From an uncultured bacterium (GTDB lineage: Bacteria; Patescibacteriota; Minisyncoccia; Phycocordibacterales; GCA-2401445): a DNA stretch of 64,000 bases. The DNA is taken from the NCBI GenBank assembly GCA_937952265.1, contig CALFYW010000055.1, positions 58,478 through 122,477 of the forward strand. Reading direction: 5' to 3'. The notes under the pieces were generated by a model, which worked only from the letters and a program-made list of their open reading frames with translations, ran no database searches and was not told the origin of the DNA. This document shows, piece after piece, positions 9,662 to 20,300 of the stretch; position 1 is the stretch's first letter, and every line of letters begins with the position of its first letter. The position numbers were made by a program, and so were the translations under genes.

Positions 9662-10494
9662 TCGCAGCACTTCTGCGAGACCCGGATGAAGCACGGGTTG
9701 CCCGGCTTCCCCGGGCACTCTCGCATTCGCGGATCAATCGCTACCTCCTGTGCCCCGAGCAATACCGCCTCTACTATATCGAGCGGCTCCGGCCAAAGAT
9801 TCCGGCAGCCACACTCGTATTTGGGCAAATCATTCATCAGGCAATCGCCTCGTTCCTCACCCGTGAGCGTGATCCGGTCTCGGAATTCAACGAGAGCTGG
9901 AACTTGGTCAGGGGAATTCTGCTCAAATATCCGGAGCGGAGCTCCTGGGAGAAGCTCAACACCATTGGCGAGGCCCTGGTGACGAAGTTTCTATCAGAGG
10001 AACTTCCGCGCTTGGGCGTTATCCGAGCGGTCGAGACGCCGTTTGAGCTTGCGCTCTTAAATCTCGACATCCCGTTGGTGGGATTCATTGACCTCATTCG
10101 CGAGAAGAACGGTCACGTCGGCATCGTTGACTTCAAGACCGCTGCCTCCACCTACAAGCCGGGGGATGCGGCGCTCTCAGATCAATTGACCGCCTATCAA
10201 CTCGCGGTCCCGGACGCCACAGAGCTTGCGCTTTGTGTGCTGGTCAAGACGAAGAAACCAACGATCGAGTGGCACGTCACCACGCGAACGGATCAGCAGT
10301 TGGGGGAATACCTCGACAAGGCGGCGTATGTCGCCCAATCGATAGCCCGGTCCCGCTTCTATACCCGACCCGGAATGTGGTGCGCATGGTGCGATTACCG
10401 CCCCGTATGCGTCGGAGACCACGCCACCGCGCGGGAAACCCTTATCGAGCTCACCCCGAGCGAGGATGAGGGGAGAAATGGGACGCGTGTATGA
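9658..10494 (+). CDS. PD-(D/E)XK nuclease (RecB/AddB/Cas4-like, Fe-S cysteines)
   Basis: SHSRI..CP, GFIDLI, IVDFKT, QLTAY, CAWCDYRPVC; ATGA coupling. Confidence 0.88.
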   Translation: MIAALLRDPDEARVARLPRALSHSRINRYLLCPEQYRLYYIERLRPKIPAATLVFGQIIHQAIASFLTRERDPVSEFNESWNLVRGILLKYPERSSWEKLNTIGEALVTKFLSEELPRLGVIRAVETPFELALLNLDIPLVGFIDLIREKNGHVGIVDFKTAASTYKPGDAALSDQLTAYQLAVPDATELALCVLVKTKKPTIEWHVTTRTDQQLGEYLDKAAYVAQSIARSRFYTRPGMWCAWCDYRPVCVGDHATARETLIELTPSEDEGRNGTRV

Positions 10495-10952
10495 GTATCG
10501 ATCCGTGCGAATACAAGGTCATTCGTTTGCGGGAGTGTCCGGTGCCCACCGAGCTCGCCCGGTGCGAAACCCCGGAGCACGCGGTCGCGTACTGGAACCT
10601 GCACATTGGCCCGCCCCCGTATTTCAATCCGGAATGCGAGTGCTTCGTCGTCCTCATGCTCAATTCACGCCATCGCGTCAAAGGGCATGCGCTGATATCA
10701 ATCGGCACCGTGGATACGCTCCTGGTCTCCGGACGGGAAGTATTCCGGACGGCCGTGATCGTGAGCGCCGCCGCGGTCGTGCTGATGCACAATCATCCGA
10801 GTGGCGACCCCACCCCGTCCGAGGCCGATATCAGAGCAACGCGTGACCTGGTTCACGGCGGGAAGGTCCTTCGCATTGAGGTGCTGGACCACGTCATCAT
10901 CGGTCGAGACAACCGAACATCGTTGCGCGAGCTCGGCTACCTCTACATGTAG
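10491..10952 (+). CDS. radC: JAB-domain RadC-like protein
   Basis: E..F.V..L, GTVD, HNHPSGDPTPSEAD, LDHVIIG. Confidence 0.9.
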   Translation: MSIDPCEYKVIRLRECPVPTELARCETPEHAVAYWNLHIGPPPYFNPECECFVVLMLNSRHRVKGHALISIGTVDTLLVSGREVFRTAVIVSAAAVVLMHNHPSGDPTPSEADIRATRDLVHGGKVLRIEVLDHVIIGRDNRTSLRELGYLYM

Positions 10953-11284
10953 CCCCCGCCCCGGTGTGAATAACTCACAGCCTCGTCTGAGCAATCAACG
11001 GGGCCTTTTTCTTGCGAACGACGGTGGGTGGGTGATTCACTGGTGCCTCCGTCACCGCAGGGATCGAAACCCTCCAAGCGAATGAGAAAGAGGTGGGCCA
11101 CCGCGTGGGGATAGCCGTGCGATCGGAAAAACGAAACCGCAGCGGCTTGATCGCCTGAAACCACGACCGCCAAGCGTCCCAACTCCTCCACGAATGCGAC
11201 AATGAAGAACGGGAAATCCCGATGCGTCGCGGAGATGGTAAACCGCAGATAATCAGGTAGGTCCGCAGGCGGGATCGTCTTCAT
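10943..11284 (-). CDS. Hypothetical protein
   Basis: ORF only; C-terminus overlaps radC end. Confidence 0.35.
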   Translation of the reverse strand: MKTIPPADLPDYLRFTISATHRDFPFFIVAFVEELGRLAVVVSGDQAAAVSFFRSHGYPHAVAHLFLIRLEGFDPCGDGGTSESPTHRRSQEKGPVDCSDEAVSYSHRGGGYM

Positions 11285-11373
11285 GCCGCAACGTTATGGG
11301 AGTGAATCGTGCCGTGCCGAGAAAAACTCACCGACCTTCGTGCGACAATTATGAGCGCCGGCTCGTCGATTCC

Positions 11374-11613
11374 TCAATCGTTGGTCGCTTGACGCACGAT
11401 TTCAGCCAAATCGAGGTCCATGGCGTCGGTCAAGCGCAGCAACGTATCGAGGCTCGGGATTCGCAAACCTCGTTCGACGTAGCTTACCATCTGCTGAGAG
11501 AGCCCCGCGCGCTCCGCCAACGCGGTCATGGAAAGATTCTGAGCAATGCGCGAGGCTCGCAGCAGTCTGGCAACATTTGCGCAAACCCTTGCTCGGCGGT
11601 CATTTACTGGCAC
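11374..11613 (-). CDS. XRE-family HTH regulator
   Basis: LRASRIAQNLSMTALAERAGLSQQMVSYVERGLRIPSLDTL; start reassigned to GTG 11613. Confidence 0.85.
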   Translation of the reverse strand: MPVNDRRARVCANVARLLRASRIAQNLSMTALAERAGLSQQMVSYVERGLRIPSLDTLLRLTDAMDLDLAEIVRQATND

Positions 11614-11676
11614 GGGCAAGATGTATGCGCCGTGCGAGTTGACAACACACCTAATAATAGTTAGGGTAAGAGCGCT

Positions 11677-11919
11677 ATGTTTCTTCGCCGACTCGGACCC
11701 GACCCGCACGCCAATGGCGCATCCACCCCGGCACTTCAAAACTGCCCGGACATCTTTGAACTTGAGAACGGTGATTTCGCCATCATCGGTATCGACATGA
11801 CGGCGGACGGCAGGCCGCGCCTGCCCCCGAGTGCCGGCTGCGGTCCCGACGAGCGAATTGTCTGGATCCCGCGCCGCATTCTCGTCAACGCGAAGGGGGA
11901 TATTCCTGATTCGGTGTAG
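11677..11919 (+). CDS. Conserved small protein (CPDIFELENGDFAIIG motif)
   Basis: Compact ORF divergent from HTH; motif recalled from small proteins of Actinobacteria/Verrucomicrobia. Confidence 0.7.
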   Translation: MFLRRLGPDPHANGASTPALQNCPDIFELENGDFAIIGIDMTADGRPRLPPSAGCGPDERIVWIPRRILVNAKGDIPDSV

Positions 11920-11969
11920 GAGCACGCTGCCATCCCCTTTCCTCCGACACCCACCCAAGGGTATACTGG

Positions 11970-12434
11970 GTGGGTATTGGGTTGTGGCTTGCGGAGCACT
12001 GGTTTTCCCTCCTTCAAAGCGCCGGAATTATCGGCAGCCTCATTTTCACTGGCGCCTCACTCCGGATTGATGCACGTGCCCGTCGAACCAGCAATCTGAT
12101 CGCCATCAGCCGCCAACATCGCGATATCTGGACGGAAATCCTCCGACGCCCTGACCTGCTTCGCATCCTTTCTCCACGAGGACGTGTTGAAACCGCGAAA
12201 ATCTCCGAATCCGAAGAAGCATTCGTCACGCTCCTCATCCACCATCTGGCAAGCGCCTATGACGGTATTCGGTTCGGATTGATCACCGAACTTGATGGGC
12301 TGCAACGCGATGTCGCGCAGTTCTTCGCGCTCCCCATCCCTCGCAAGGTATGGGAGCGGATCCGCCCGTATCAGAATATGGAATTCGTGCGCTTCATGGA
12401 TCACACGATCGGGCCACCCACCGAACCGCGGTAG
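11970..12434 (+). CDS. Membrane-anchored protein, DUF6082/DUF4760-like
   Basis: N-terminal TM helix, helical soluble domain ending W...RPYQ..EF..F. Confidence 0.6.
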   Translation: MGIGLWLAEHWFSLLQSAGIIGSLIFTGASLRIDARARRTSNLIAISRQHRDIWTEILRRPDLLRILSPRGRVETAKISESEEAFVTLLIHHLASAYDGIRFGLITELDGLQRDVAQFFALPIPRKVWERIRPYQNMEFVRFMDHTIGPPTEPR

Positions 12435-12539
12435 CGCGATCGCCGCGCTACCGGATCTCCGCAAATCGTAGCGCTCGGCTCCATAAAAAAGGCCCTCTTG
12501 ATGATCTTTCAGCAAAAGGGCTCCTTGGCTCGGAATGAA

Positions 12540-13343
12540 TCATTCCGAGAATTCGTTCACTGCCATGAGGCGACCGGTCGGATTTGCTTCCACCTCTCCC
12601 TCGTCACCGCCGACTGCGGCGAATTGGTCGAGCAGGCGGTGGATCACCCGCGTCCGTGCTGGTAAGCGCCACAGATCGCCTTTGATGGTCTCGGTGGCTG
12701 CATTGAACAATCGCCATGCGGTTTTACCACACTGGACAAACTCCGGATGCCGCGGCTCACGCCATTCCCGGATTACGCGAGGAATGTCCGAGACATTCAA
12801 CGCACCGGCGTCCCACAGGCGGACCACCAGGTCGTGAACGTCGTGGTCGGAAAGCGCGGTTTGCCGATAGCGCTCAAACGTTTCCGACTGCGCGGCAAAG
12901 CGCTCCGGAAGGCTCACCACCGTCTCGCTGATGATCCAGGACAAATCGCGCAACAAGTTCGCGGTATGCTTCCGTGCGAACGTGACCGCTGACCCTTGAA
13001 AGGACAGATTGTCACACACGAACACGGTTGCGCCGATGCAAAGCCCTGCGGAAACCGATTTGTCGTAGGAATTGCGCAACCCCAGGACGCATCCATAGTC
13101 AGAGCCATTCGCTCCGGGCAACTCGACCTGGAGAATCCCGAATAGCCGGTTACCGTCGCGGCCCAGCGCCAACCGCTCGTCGCGAATCGTGATCCCCTCA
13201 ACCGCAAGCTGCTTTTCGATCCGCACAATCAAAGATTCGTACGGGAGGGGAACATAGGTCCGCGTTGCGGTCGGAATCGGCACCCCAAACACTTCCTCGC
13301 GCGAGGCGAGCTCGGCACCGCAGTGGAGAACGAGCCCCTTCAT
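12540..13343 (-). CDS. DUF932/DUF945-domain protein
   Basis: LRNSYDKS, VFVCDNL, RKHT, TAWRLFNAATE; AAGGAGG RBS before MKGLVLHCGA. Confidence 0.85.
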   Translation of the reverse strand: MKGLVLHCGAELASREEVFGVPIPTATRTYVPLPYESLIVRIEKQLAVEGITIRDERLALGRDGNRLFGILQVELPGANGSDYGCVLGLRNSYDKSVSAGLCIGATVFVCDNLSFQGSAVTFARKHTANLLRDLSWIISETVVSLPERFAAQSETFERYRQTALSDHDVHDLVVRLWDAGALNVSDIPRVIREWREPRHPEFVQCGKTAWRLFNAATETIKGDLWRLPARTRVIHRLLDQFAAVGGDEGEVEANPTGRLMAVNEFSE

Positions 13344-13405
13344 TTCGATCCTCCTTTGGCCAGAATCCTGGCAACCCAGTGGGTGAACATACGTGTCAAC
13401 TTCAT
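13340..13405 (-). CDS. Small peptide MKLTRMFTHWVARILAKGGSK coupled to DUF932
   Basis: AAGGAGG RBS; TGA overlaps the DUF932 ATG (ATGA). Confidence 0.4.
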   Translation of the reverse strand: MKLTRMFTHWVARILAKGGSK

Positions 13406-13609
13406 CATCATCCTCCTTATCAATTGGTTGTGAACAGCGTGAATCCATCCGCCTCTCACGACTGGATGGGATGGGTATCGAAGAACCTTCGAACTCTCGC
13501 CATCATATCGCCACCCGGCTGACACGAAAGAGCGGGAAACGTGCTGGAAACCGCAGGTCGCCACATCATTGAACTACGGCGCCACGTCAACCCCTGGCGC
13601 GACCCGTCG

Positions 13610-13652
13610 GCAAGATCTGGTTGATCTTGCAGAAATCCTGCGAAGCAGGATT
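13610..13652. repeat. Twin adjacent inverted repeats built from GCA(A/G)GAT boxes
   Basis: GCAAGATC-tggtt-GATCTTGC and AATCCTGC-gaa-GCAGGATT. Confidence 0.7.
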
Positions 13653-14265
13653 GACCCGCACCGTTACCACGCTTTTTTCCGTAAAAGACACCTAAGTATC
13701 ACGCCATGCTAACAACTGCCTAATCTCGAATCGATTACACCCCGATATTTCGAGCGGCGAATCCACTCGTAAACACCGTTTCTACAAATTCAAATTTTCT
13801 AAAACAAAACTTTGCTATTGTGAGATGCCTGTGATGAAATGGAAGCATGTCGAATCCGATTGCCGCACGCCCAAGGTTCGGAATCGAAATCGAGGGTGGG
13901 ATTCCCTTAAAGAATGTGTGTGTTTCTCCCCGGAAGCTCCCGTTTACACTTATGAATAATTGCGATTCTCAATTCTCCACAGATTTCGTGAAAGATCGGG
14001 TCAGTTTCTGGCGTATTTATACCGAGCGGCGATGTCGCAATTCTTCCGGCCGTTCGCTATTTACTTGGACGACTCAGATTGCTCCGCAACCAATAGCAGC
14101 GCGATGATTGAAGGCAAGTTCGTCATAGATCGATTATTTCAGCATTTGTTCCCTCAAACACGTCGTATCGTTCGTCGCCCTACTTGTTGTGGCGACGGCT
14201 CATTCCGGTTGCAAATCAACCGAGTGTGAAGTGCAACCGGAAAACTTCTCGCCTCCCCAAGCTCT

Positions 14266-17200
14266 ATGAAATTAAATATCCCTTTCACGCTCTTCTTCGT
14301 GATCGCGCTCGCTCCGCTGATCACGGCACAAGGGCGACGCACTGCTCCTGAAACCCTGATTTCAAGGGGGCAATACGAAATTCGTGAACGCGGGCCACAT
14401 CACAACAAAGTCGGTCGTGAGATCGTTGTGCGTGATCAGTCCGGTGAGATCGTGACCCGCGAGCAATCCTATGTGGAACTCGCCACCGGAATGAACTTTC
14501 TGGATGAGGGGGAGTGGAAGCCGGCGGATCCCACCATTGAGCTTTTCGAAGGCGGAGCAATTGCGCGAAACCTCCAGCAGAAAATAATCTTCTCACCAAA
14601 CATCTTGGACGAGGATGGGACGATTGACTTTCAAACTCCGGACGGACAGCGCCTTCGCGCTGCACCGCTCGCCCTCGCCTATTTCGACCCGGTGACAGGC
14701 CAGGACGCGATTATTGCGGTTGCGAAGGACTCAGTGGGTGAAGTGCATGGCGAAAGCAGGGTCGTGTATCCTGATGCGTTCGACGGTGTTGAGGCAGACG
14801 TGATCTACGACCTCCGTATCTCCGGCTTCAGCCAGGACGTTATTCTGCGCGAGCAAATTCCGCCAGCCGAGGATTTCGGCCTAAACTCGGAGTTCGCCCG
14901 ACTCGAGATTCTGACTGAATTTCTGGAGGCACCGCGACCTCAAAAAGAGGAGCGTATCCTCTGGAGAGTTGAGGATCCCGTGCTCCGTGGAATCATGGCG
15001 ACCCCGGATTTTGTCGATGAGGAATTGGTTTTTGGACAAACGCGCTTTGGTCCTGGTCGAGCATTCTCAAACAACCAAGCAGGTCTTGATTCGCCGGTAG
15101 ATGAGGCCGCGACGCCGGTAGGAAAGCGATGGGTCGAAGAGGATGGCCGAATGATCCTCTTCGAATCTGTCGATTTTCAATCCATCTTGCCAATGTTGGA
15201 TCAACTGCCTGCTCGTCAGCAGGCGCGAATTGACTTCAACGAGATTGACCGACCGGAACTGCTGGCCTCATCGAGCCCTGATCGCACCGTTCCTCGGCGC
15301 CCGGACCTCAGTGAATCCGAATTCCGGGGAATACAAATCGCCGACATCTCCCGTCACCGCCCCGGGGTAATTCTCGATTATACGACCATCGATGCAACGC
15401 AGACGGACTACACCTTCAAGGGCGACACCACGTATTATATCAAGGGTTCAATTCACTTGTACGGAACGACCACGCTCGAGGGCGGCACCGTAATCAAATT
15501 CGATAAATACAACTCTGGAAGTTCATACTATACTCGACTGTACGTAAACGACGGATTTGTCTGTAATACAGACTTTTACCGCCCAGCAATTGTCACTGCA
15601 CGTGATGACGATACCGTCGGTGAAATCCTTTCGGAAAGCGACGGAACGGTTGATGCGCCAGGGCATTATGGATATTACGGATTTCATTTCAACACTCCAA
15701 CCAGTGATATCTCGCTCCACCACGTTCATTTTCGAAACACACTGGTTGCGTGCCTGTTCTACAAGGCTTCAACAAACACCCACTCGTTAAAACATGTTAC
15801 GTTCACTCAATGCCGCTACGGGATATATGCGAACGATACTGATGTTGAGGTTGGGAATATCCTAATCGACGACGCTTACACAACGGCATTCTGGGGACGG
15901 GATACGGCAACGATTGATGCGGAGCACGTAACTGTTCATGACGCCGCGCAGATTTTTTATGACCAAGACGCCAACTCCACGTTAAACCTTACAAATTCAC
16001 TTTTGGTTGATGTCACGACAACCACCCACACCGGTTCAGAGACGAACGTTGAAATTATAGCGAGCGCAGCAGGATTGTTTCAATCCGTGGGTGTCGGCGA
16101 CTTTTATCTTGCTCCCGGAAGCCCATATCGCGATGCCGGAACCACAAGCATCGATGCCACGCTCGCATCGGAACTGCGAACGTTAACGACGTATCCACCG
16201 GTGGAACTCGAAGGGGACATTACGGAAGACACGACACTCTACCCACACGTCGAACGAGACATGGGAATTCCTGACTTGGGATACCATTACACCCCAATTG
16301 ACTATGCGCTCTTCGTTGTCGTAAAAGACTCAACCCTTACTATCAATCCTGGAACTGTGATCGTTCCGCACAACTACGGGTCCATTGAACTCCAAGACGG
16401 TAGTCACCTCGAAGCCGTGGGAACAGTCTCACAACCCATTCAATTCGCTCGCTACTACGCCTCTCAGGAGCAACCGGCGGAATGGGTAAACCATGGATAT
16501 CCAGAGCGGTCAATCATTTCCCGAAACGACGGAAGTAACACACCAACCGCGAATATTCGATTCGCGAACTTCAACGGAATCAGTGGCGGTGGATACACGT
16601 TCTACCTTGACAACTCATGGTGGAAAATCCAAACGCTGGATTTGGTAGATTGCCAGATTTATGGAAACGAATCGCCATTTTCAGGCGGCCAAAGTCCCTA
16701 CTCAAACATAACCATCAAGAACTGCCTGTTCGTTCGGGCCTTAGCCAAGTTCACTCATTGGGGTGTCCGTGACGTTTACAACAACCTATTCTCGGGCGGA
16801 ACCACCCACGTTGAACGGTGGAGCGCCGGCGCGGGAACGTGGACCTTCAAGGATAATTCATTTCACAGCACCGCACTCACAGACGTCTACGGTGGAACAA
16901 GCAACAGCTACAATGGTTATCTGGGCGCAAGTCAAGGCACCTTAAGCAGTTCCTCAGGGAACGACGAAACTGCAACGACGTTCACCTACGATTCCGGGCA
17001 ACTGGGTCGGTTCTATCAGAATAGCACTGATCTCCTTGACGAGGGTAGCCAAGCAGCAGGAGCCGCGGGTCTGTTTCACTTCACTACGGAATCGGACAAT
17101 AGCAAGGATACGGGCACGGTGGACATCGGATACCACTACGTCGCGGTGGACAGCACAAGCGGCGAACCTGACGACACAGACGGCGACGGAATACCCGATT

Positions 17201-17319
17201 ATCTTGAGGATGCCGATGGCGACGGCAACCACGACAGCGGAACGGAGACGGATTGGGAAGAATCTGAAAACGGAACAACGGGGACGACAGGCCTGTTGGT
17301 TTTCACGATCCTGGAGTAG
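14266..17319 (+). CDS. Large secreted protein with two beta-helix-like modules and C-terminal DxDGDG Ca-binding repeats; Rhs-associated partner
   Basis: Sec signal peptide; two internal copies of G.FY...D.G...TT...D.GYHY; DTDGDGIPDYLEDADGDG; ends GLLVFTILE. Confidence 0.8.
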   Translation: MKLNIPFTLFFVIALAPLITAQGRRTAPETLISRGQYEIRERGPHHNKVGREIVVRDQSGEIVTREQSYVELATGMNFLDEGEWKPADPTIELFEGGAIARNLQQKIIFSPNILDEDGTIDFQTPDGQRLRAAPLALAYFDPVTGQDAIIAVAKDSVGEVHGESRVVYPDAFDGVEADVIYDLRISGFSQDVILREQIPPAEDFGLNSEFARLEILTEFLEAPRPQKEERILWRVEDPVLRGIMATPDFVDEELVFGQTRFGPGRAFSNNQAGLDSPVDEAATPVGKRWVEEDGRMILFESVDFQSILPMLDQLPARQQARIDFNEIDRPELLASSSPDRTVPRRPDLSESEFRGIQIADISRHRPGVILDYTTIDATQTDYTFKGDTTYYIKGSIHLYGTTTLEGGTVIKFDKYNSGSSYYTRLYVNDGFVCNTDFYRPAIVTARDDDTVGEILSESDGTVDAPGHYGYYGFHFNTPTSDISLHHVHFRNTLVACLFYKASTNTHSLKHVTFTQCRYGIYANDTDVEVGNILIDDAYTTAFWGRDTATIDAEHVTVHDAAQIFYDQDANSTLNLTNSLLVDVTTTTHTGSETNVEIIASAAGLFQSVGVGDFYLAPGSPYRDAGTTSIDATLASELRTLTTYPPVELEGDITEDTTLYPHVERDMGIPDLGYHYTPIDYALFVVVKDSTLTINPGTVIVPHNYGSIELQDGSHLEAVGTVSQPIQFARYYASQEQPAEWVNHGYPERSIISRNDGSNTPTANIRFANFNGISGGGYTFYLDNSWWKIQTLDLVDCQIYGNESPFSGGQSPYSNITIKNCLFVRALAKFTHWGVRDVYNNLFSGGTTHVERWSAGAGTWTFKDNSFHSTALTDVYGGTSNSYNGYLGASQGTLSSSSGNDETATTFTYDSGQLGRFYQNSTDLLDEGSQAAGAAGLFHFTTESDNSKDTGTVDIGYHYVAVDSTSGEPDDTDGDGIPDYLEDADGDGNHDSGTETDWEESENGTTGTTGLLVFTILE

Positions 17320-17362
17320 GCATCGGGCTGAGGCCGTAAACCGGCTAAAACGATTCAATAAT

Positions 17363-20300
17363 ATGAGAGCACCACACGTTTTGACCGCTGTTGCGGTGTC
17401 CCTGGGACTTTGGTTTGCAAGTCCGATGCAGGCACAGATTTCATGTACGGACTGCCTTGTCGAATTCAAAACGGCGTTCGCCAAAAGGCCCAAAGTTGGT
17501 AAATTCGCCTATGTCTTCAATAATCTTCCCAAACGAGAAGTATACAAAACCTACACATACGAGAGCCTCTGGGAGGAAAACTATGATGGAGACATGGGTA
17601 CATCAAAGAACTGGAATGCTAAGTGGGAACAAGCTGAAACACATAACTATGACCCTGATGACTTTACTTTAATCTCGGGATCAACCTACGAATGCCAGAA
17701 TTACAGTACCACATCGACCATCACCGACGAGGTCCATAAAACAACTGTTACAGTTGCTGAAGATGGTTCTGAGACTGAGGAGAATGTAATTGCAACGTAC
17801 AACTTCTCAACCGATACTTGGGATAGCAGTTGCAAGAAGGACTTTTTTCACGACCCCAACGACAACTGCTACAATGACATGAGCTTTGGGGGGCTTACAA
17901 AAGTAGTGGGAACAGCGAGCGATGATAGTCCTGCAGATACGGCCACAACTCACACGGTGATAACCGATTACGCACGTTACTCCGGTTACGAACGAAAAAC
18001 AACAATCACCGAAACCCTCAGCGATGAGTATACCACAGACGAACTTATTGATAATTTAAACGCTGATCTGGATACAGCACTTGCCAGCGCAGGCTGGACC
18101 GGATCCGGATCATCCTCGCTTTATTTGCCATCCAGCGAAGCTTGTGCTGAGGCCGACAAGATGATCTATCGCTTCAAACTACCTGCCGCAGAAGCCGATG
18201 TGGAGTATGAGATTTCGTGGCAGGAGGTTTTCCGGCGAGACGGTGGTACAAGTAGCGCTACTGACAAGAGTGAAATCGTGGTTGGTGAGGGCGGTTTAAC
18301 CTATGGAATTGAACATACTGGAGAAGTTCCTAGCGAAAACGGAATAGTCACGGTAGAAAACATCAGCGTTGAAATCCATTCGAACGGCGGGACAAACGGC
18401 GGCGGAGGCCCGCCGGGAAGCGGGAGCGTGGGTTTCGGAGGCGGGAGCAGCAGTTATGGCGGCGATATTGGCTGTGGGCCATGCGCGGGCGGAGGCATTG
18501 GTATTGGGAACGGCGCCTTTGCGTCAATAAGCATGGGACAAACTGGATTCGGACGGTCTGCTGGGAACATCTATTTCGCAACTGCGACAGCTACACCCGT
18601 AATGGCGAAACCGAAAATCCTCTTTTACAATGTCGAACGACCGGACATCGACATTGTCCGCGTCGAGGGTGATATTCATCAAATTAAGACCCATCAAGTT
18701 CTAGCGCACGTCGATATTATAAACGACTATAAGTTCGAAATACAATTTTACTATGATAGCGATGTCGGAACAAAAAGCGGGGAAACGTATCCGCTTATTA
18801 ATTTTCCCACGCCTTTCGTAACCTGGCGATTTGAGAATCCGGATGCCTCGCCAACTATCTACAATAAGCTAAAGGTTACCGAGATTCGCGGCGTGATTTC
18901 ACGAGTATGGGAATATACCTATTCGAGCGGGAGCAATCACACCTGGGTGTTAACAAAACCCGGCAGCATTCAGGAGGAAGAGCTGGTTTGGAGTGCGGAT
19001 GGGCAATCTCCTGCGACGCGCGAAGTTACGATAGAATTCCGTAAACCCGCTGGAGCCAACGAGTTAGTGATATACAGAAAGTATCAGGAGTATTCGTGGG
19101 GCGAAGGAATGATAGAGGAATCAATCGGAGAAGGTGCTGAAAAGCAGACAACCACCTACACCTATCTTTCAACTGCTCTTTATGGGTCCGCAAGACCGGT
19201 TGAGAAAATTGTCCATCACGATGGTTCTTGGCAATGGTTTACCTATACCGGAGATAATTTGCCGTCGATTGTTTACTCATCTTACGGGAATCAAGCGCCA
19301 ACCACCACGGCGTCCTTATGTCGAAAAGTCGAATATAACTATACCTCACCGTCCGGCAGCGGGGACGTTGCAACTATTAATCCGCGATCGGCGCGAATAG
19401 TTGACGAATATGTCTTGGGCGAACACGTGAGTCGCCGCTTCACAATTTTTCGAAATGGTGAACGCCTGGACATCGTTTGTCAGACCGTATCCACGAGCAC
19501 CACGTGGAATGCGGGTGACAATCTTGTTACAACCACTACGTATTACACAAGCGGAGCCAACGAAGACCGTGTAAAGTCCATCGAGTATCCTGATGGAACA
19601 GCAGAGCTCTACACGTATTCAGAGAGCACGAATTTTACGACAAACGTATCGCGAGGCGTACCAAACACCAGTCCACCGACCGCGATAACTGACGGAACCA
19701 CCACAACAACAGTTGTTAATGAGGCTGGGTTTTTGGTGTCGCGAACTGTTGTGGACATCGGTTCATCGAAAACGCTTTCCAGCGAAACCTACGATAATCA
19801 CGATGAGTTCGGCAGACCGCAGGAAACTGAATACCTTGACCTAACAACGACCGAAGCGAACTTTAGCTGCTGCGGAATCGACAACACCGTAGGCAAGGAT
19901 GGACTGGTCACCAGCTACTATTACGATGACCTAAACCGGCAAATTGCGTCCTTGGCCAACGGAATTCTACACACCAACGTGCTGAACTCGGTTGGAAACG
20001 TGCTTGTTCAAATTCGCAAGGGAACCGACAGTTCAGAGATAGTGCTCAATCAATCCGCCTACGACACCGCAGGCCAAACAATTACGGTGACCAATGCGCT
20101 GGGCGGGATTACCAGTATTGTCTACGAGATTGAGAATTCGCGGCAGAAGATCACTACCACTTACCCCGACAGTGGTCAGCGGGTGGAATATTACTATCGC
20201 GATGGACGCGTCGAGAAGGTATACGGCGATGCGACTACATCACCGGTTAAATACGTTTACGGCGTCGAGGACCATGCAGGCGTGGACCGGGAGTATAGAA

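Noticed and set aside
9658-10494. Cas4 / CRISPR system
   Set aside because: No cas1/cas2 and no repeat-spacer array seen anywhere in the window
10964-10979. TGTGA-N5-TCACA CRP-like site
   Set aside because: Spacer is 5 rather than 6 and it lies between convergent gene ends
17036-17362. N-terminal extension of the Rhs ORF
   Set aside because: Overlaps the partner gene; the signal peptide starts at 17363
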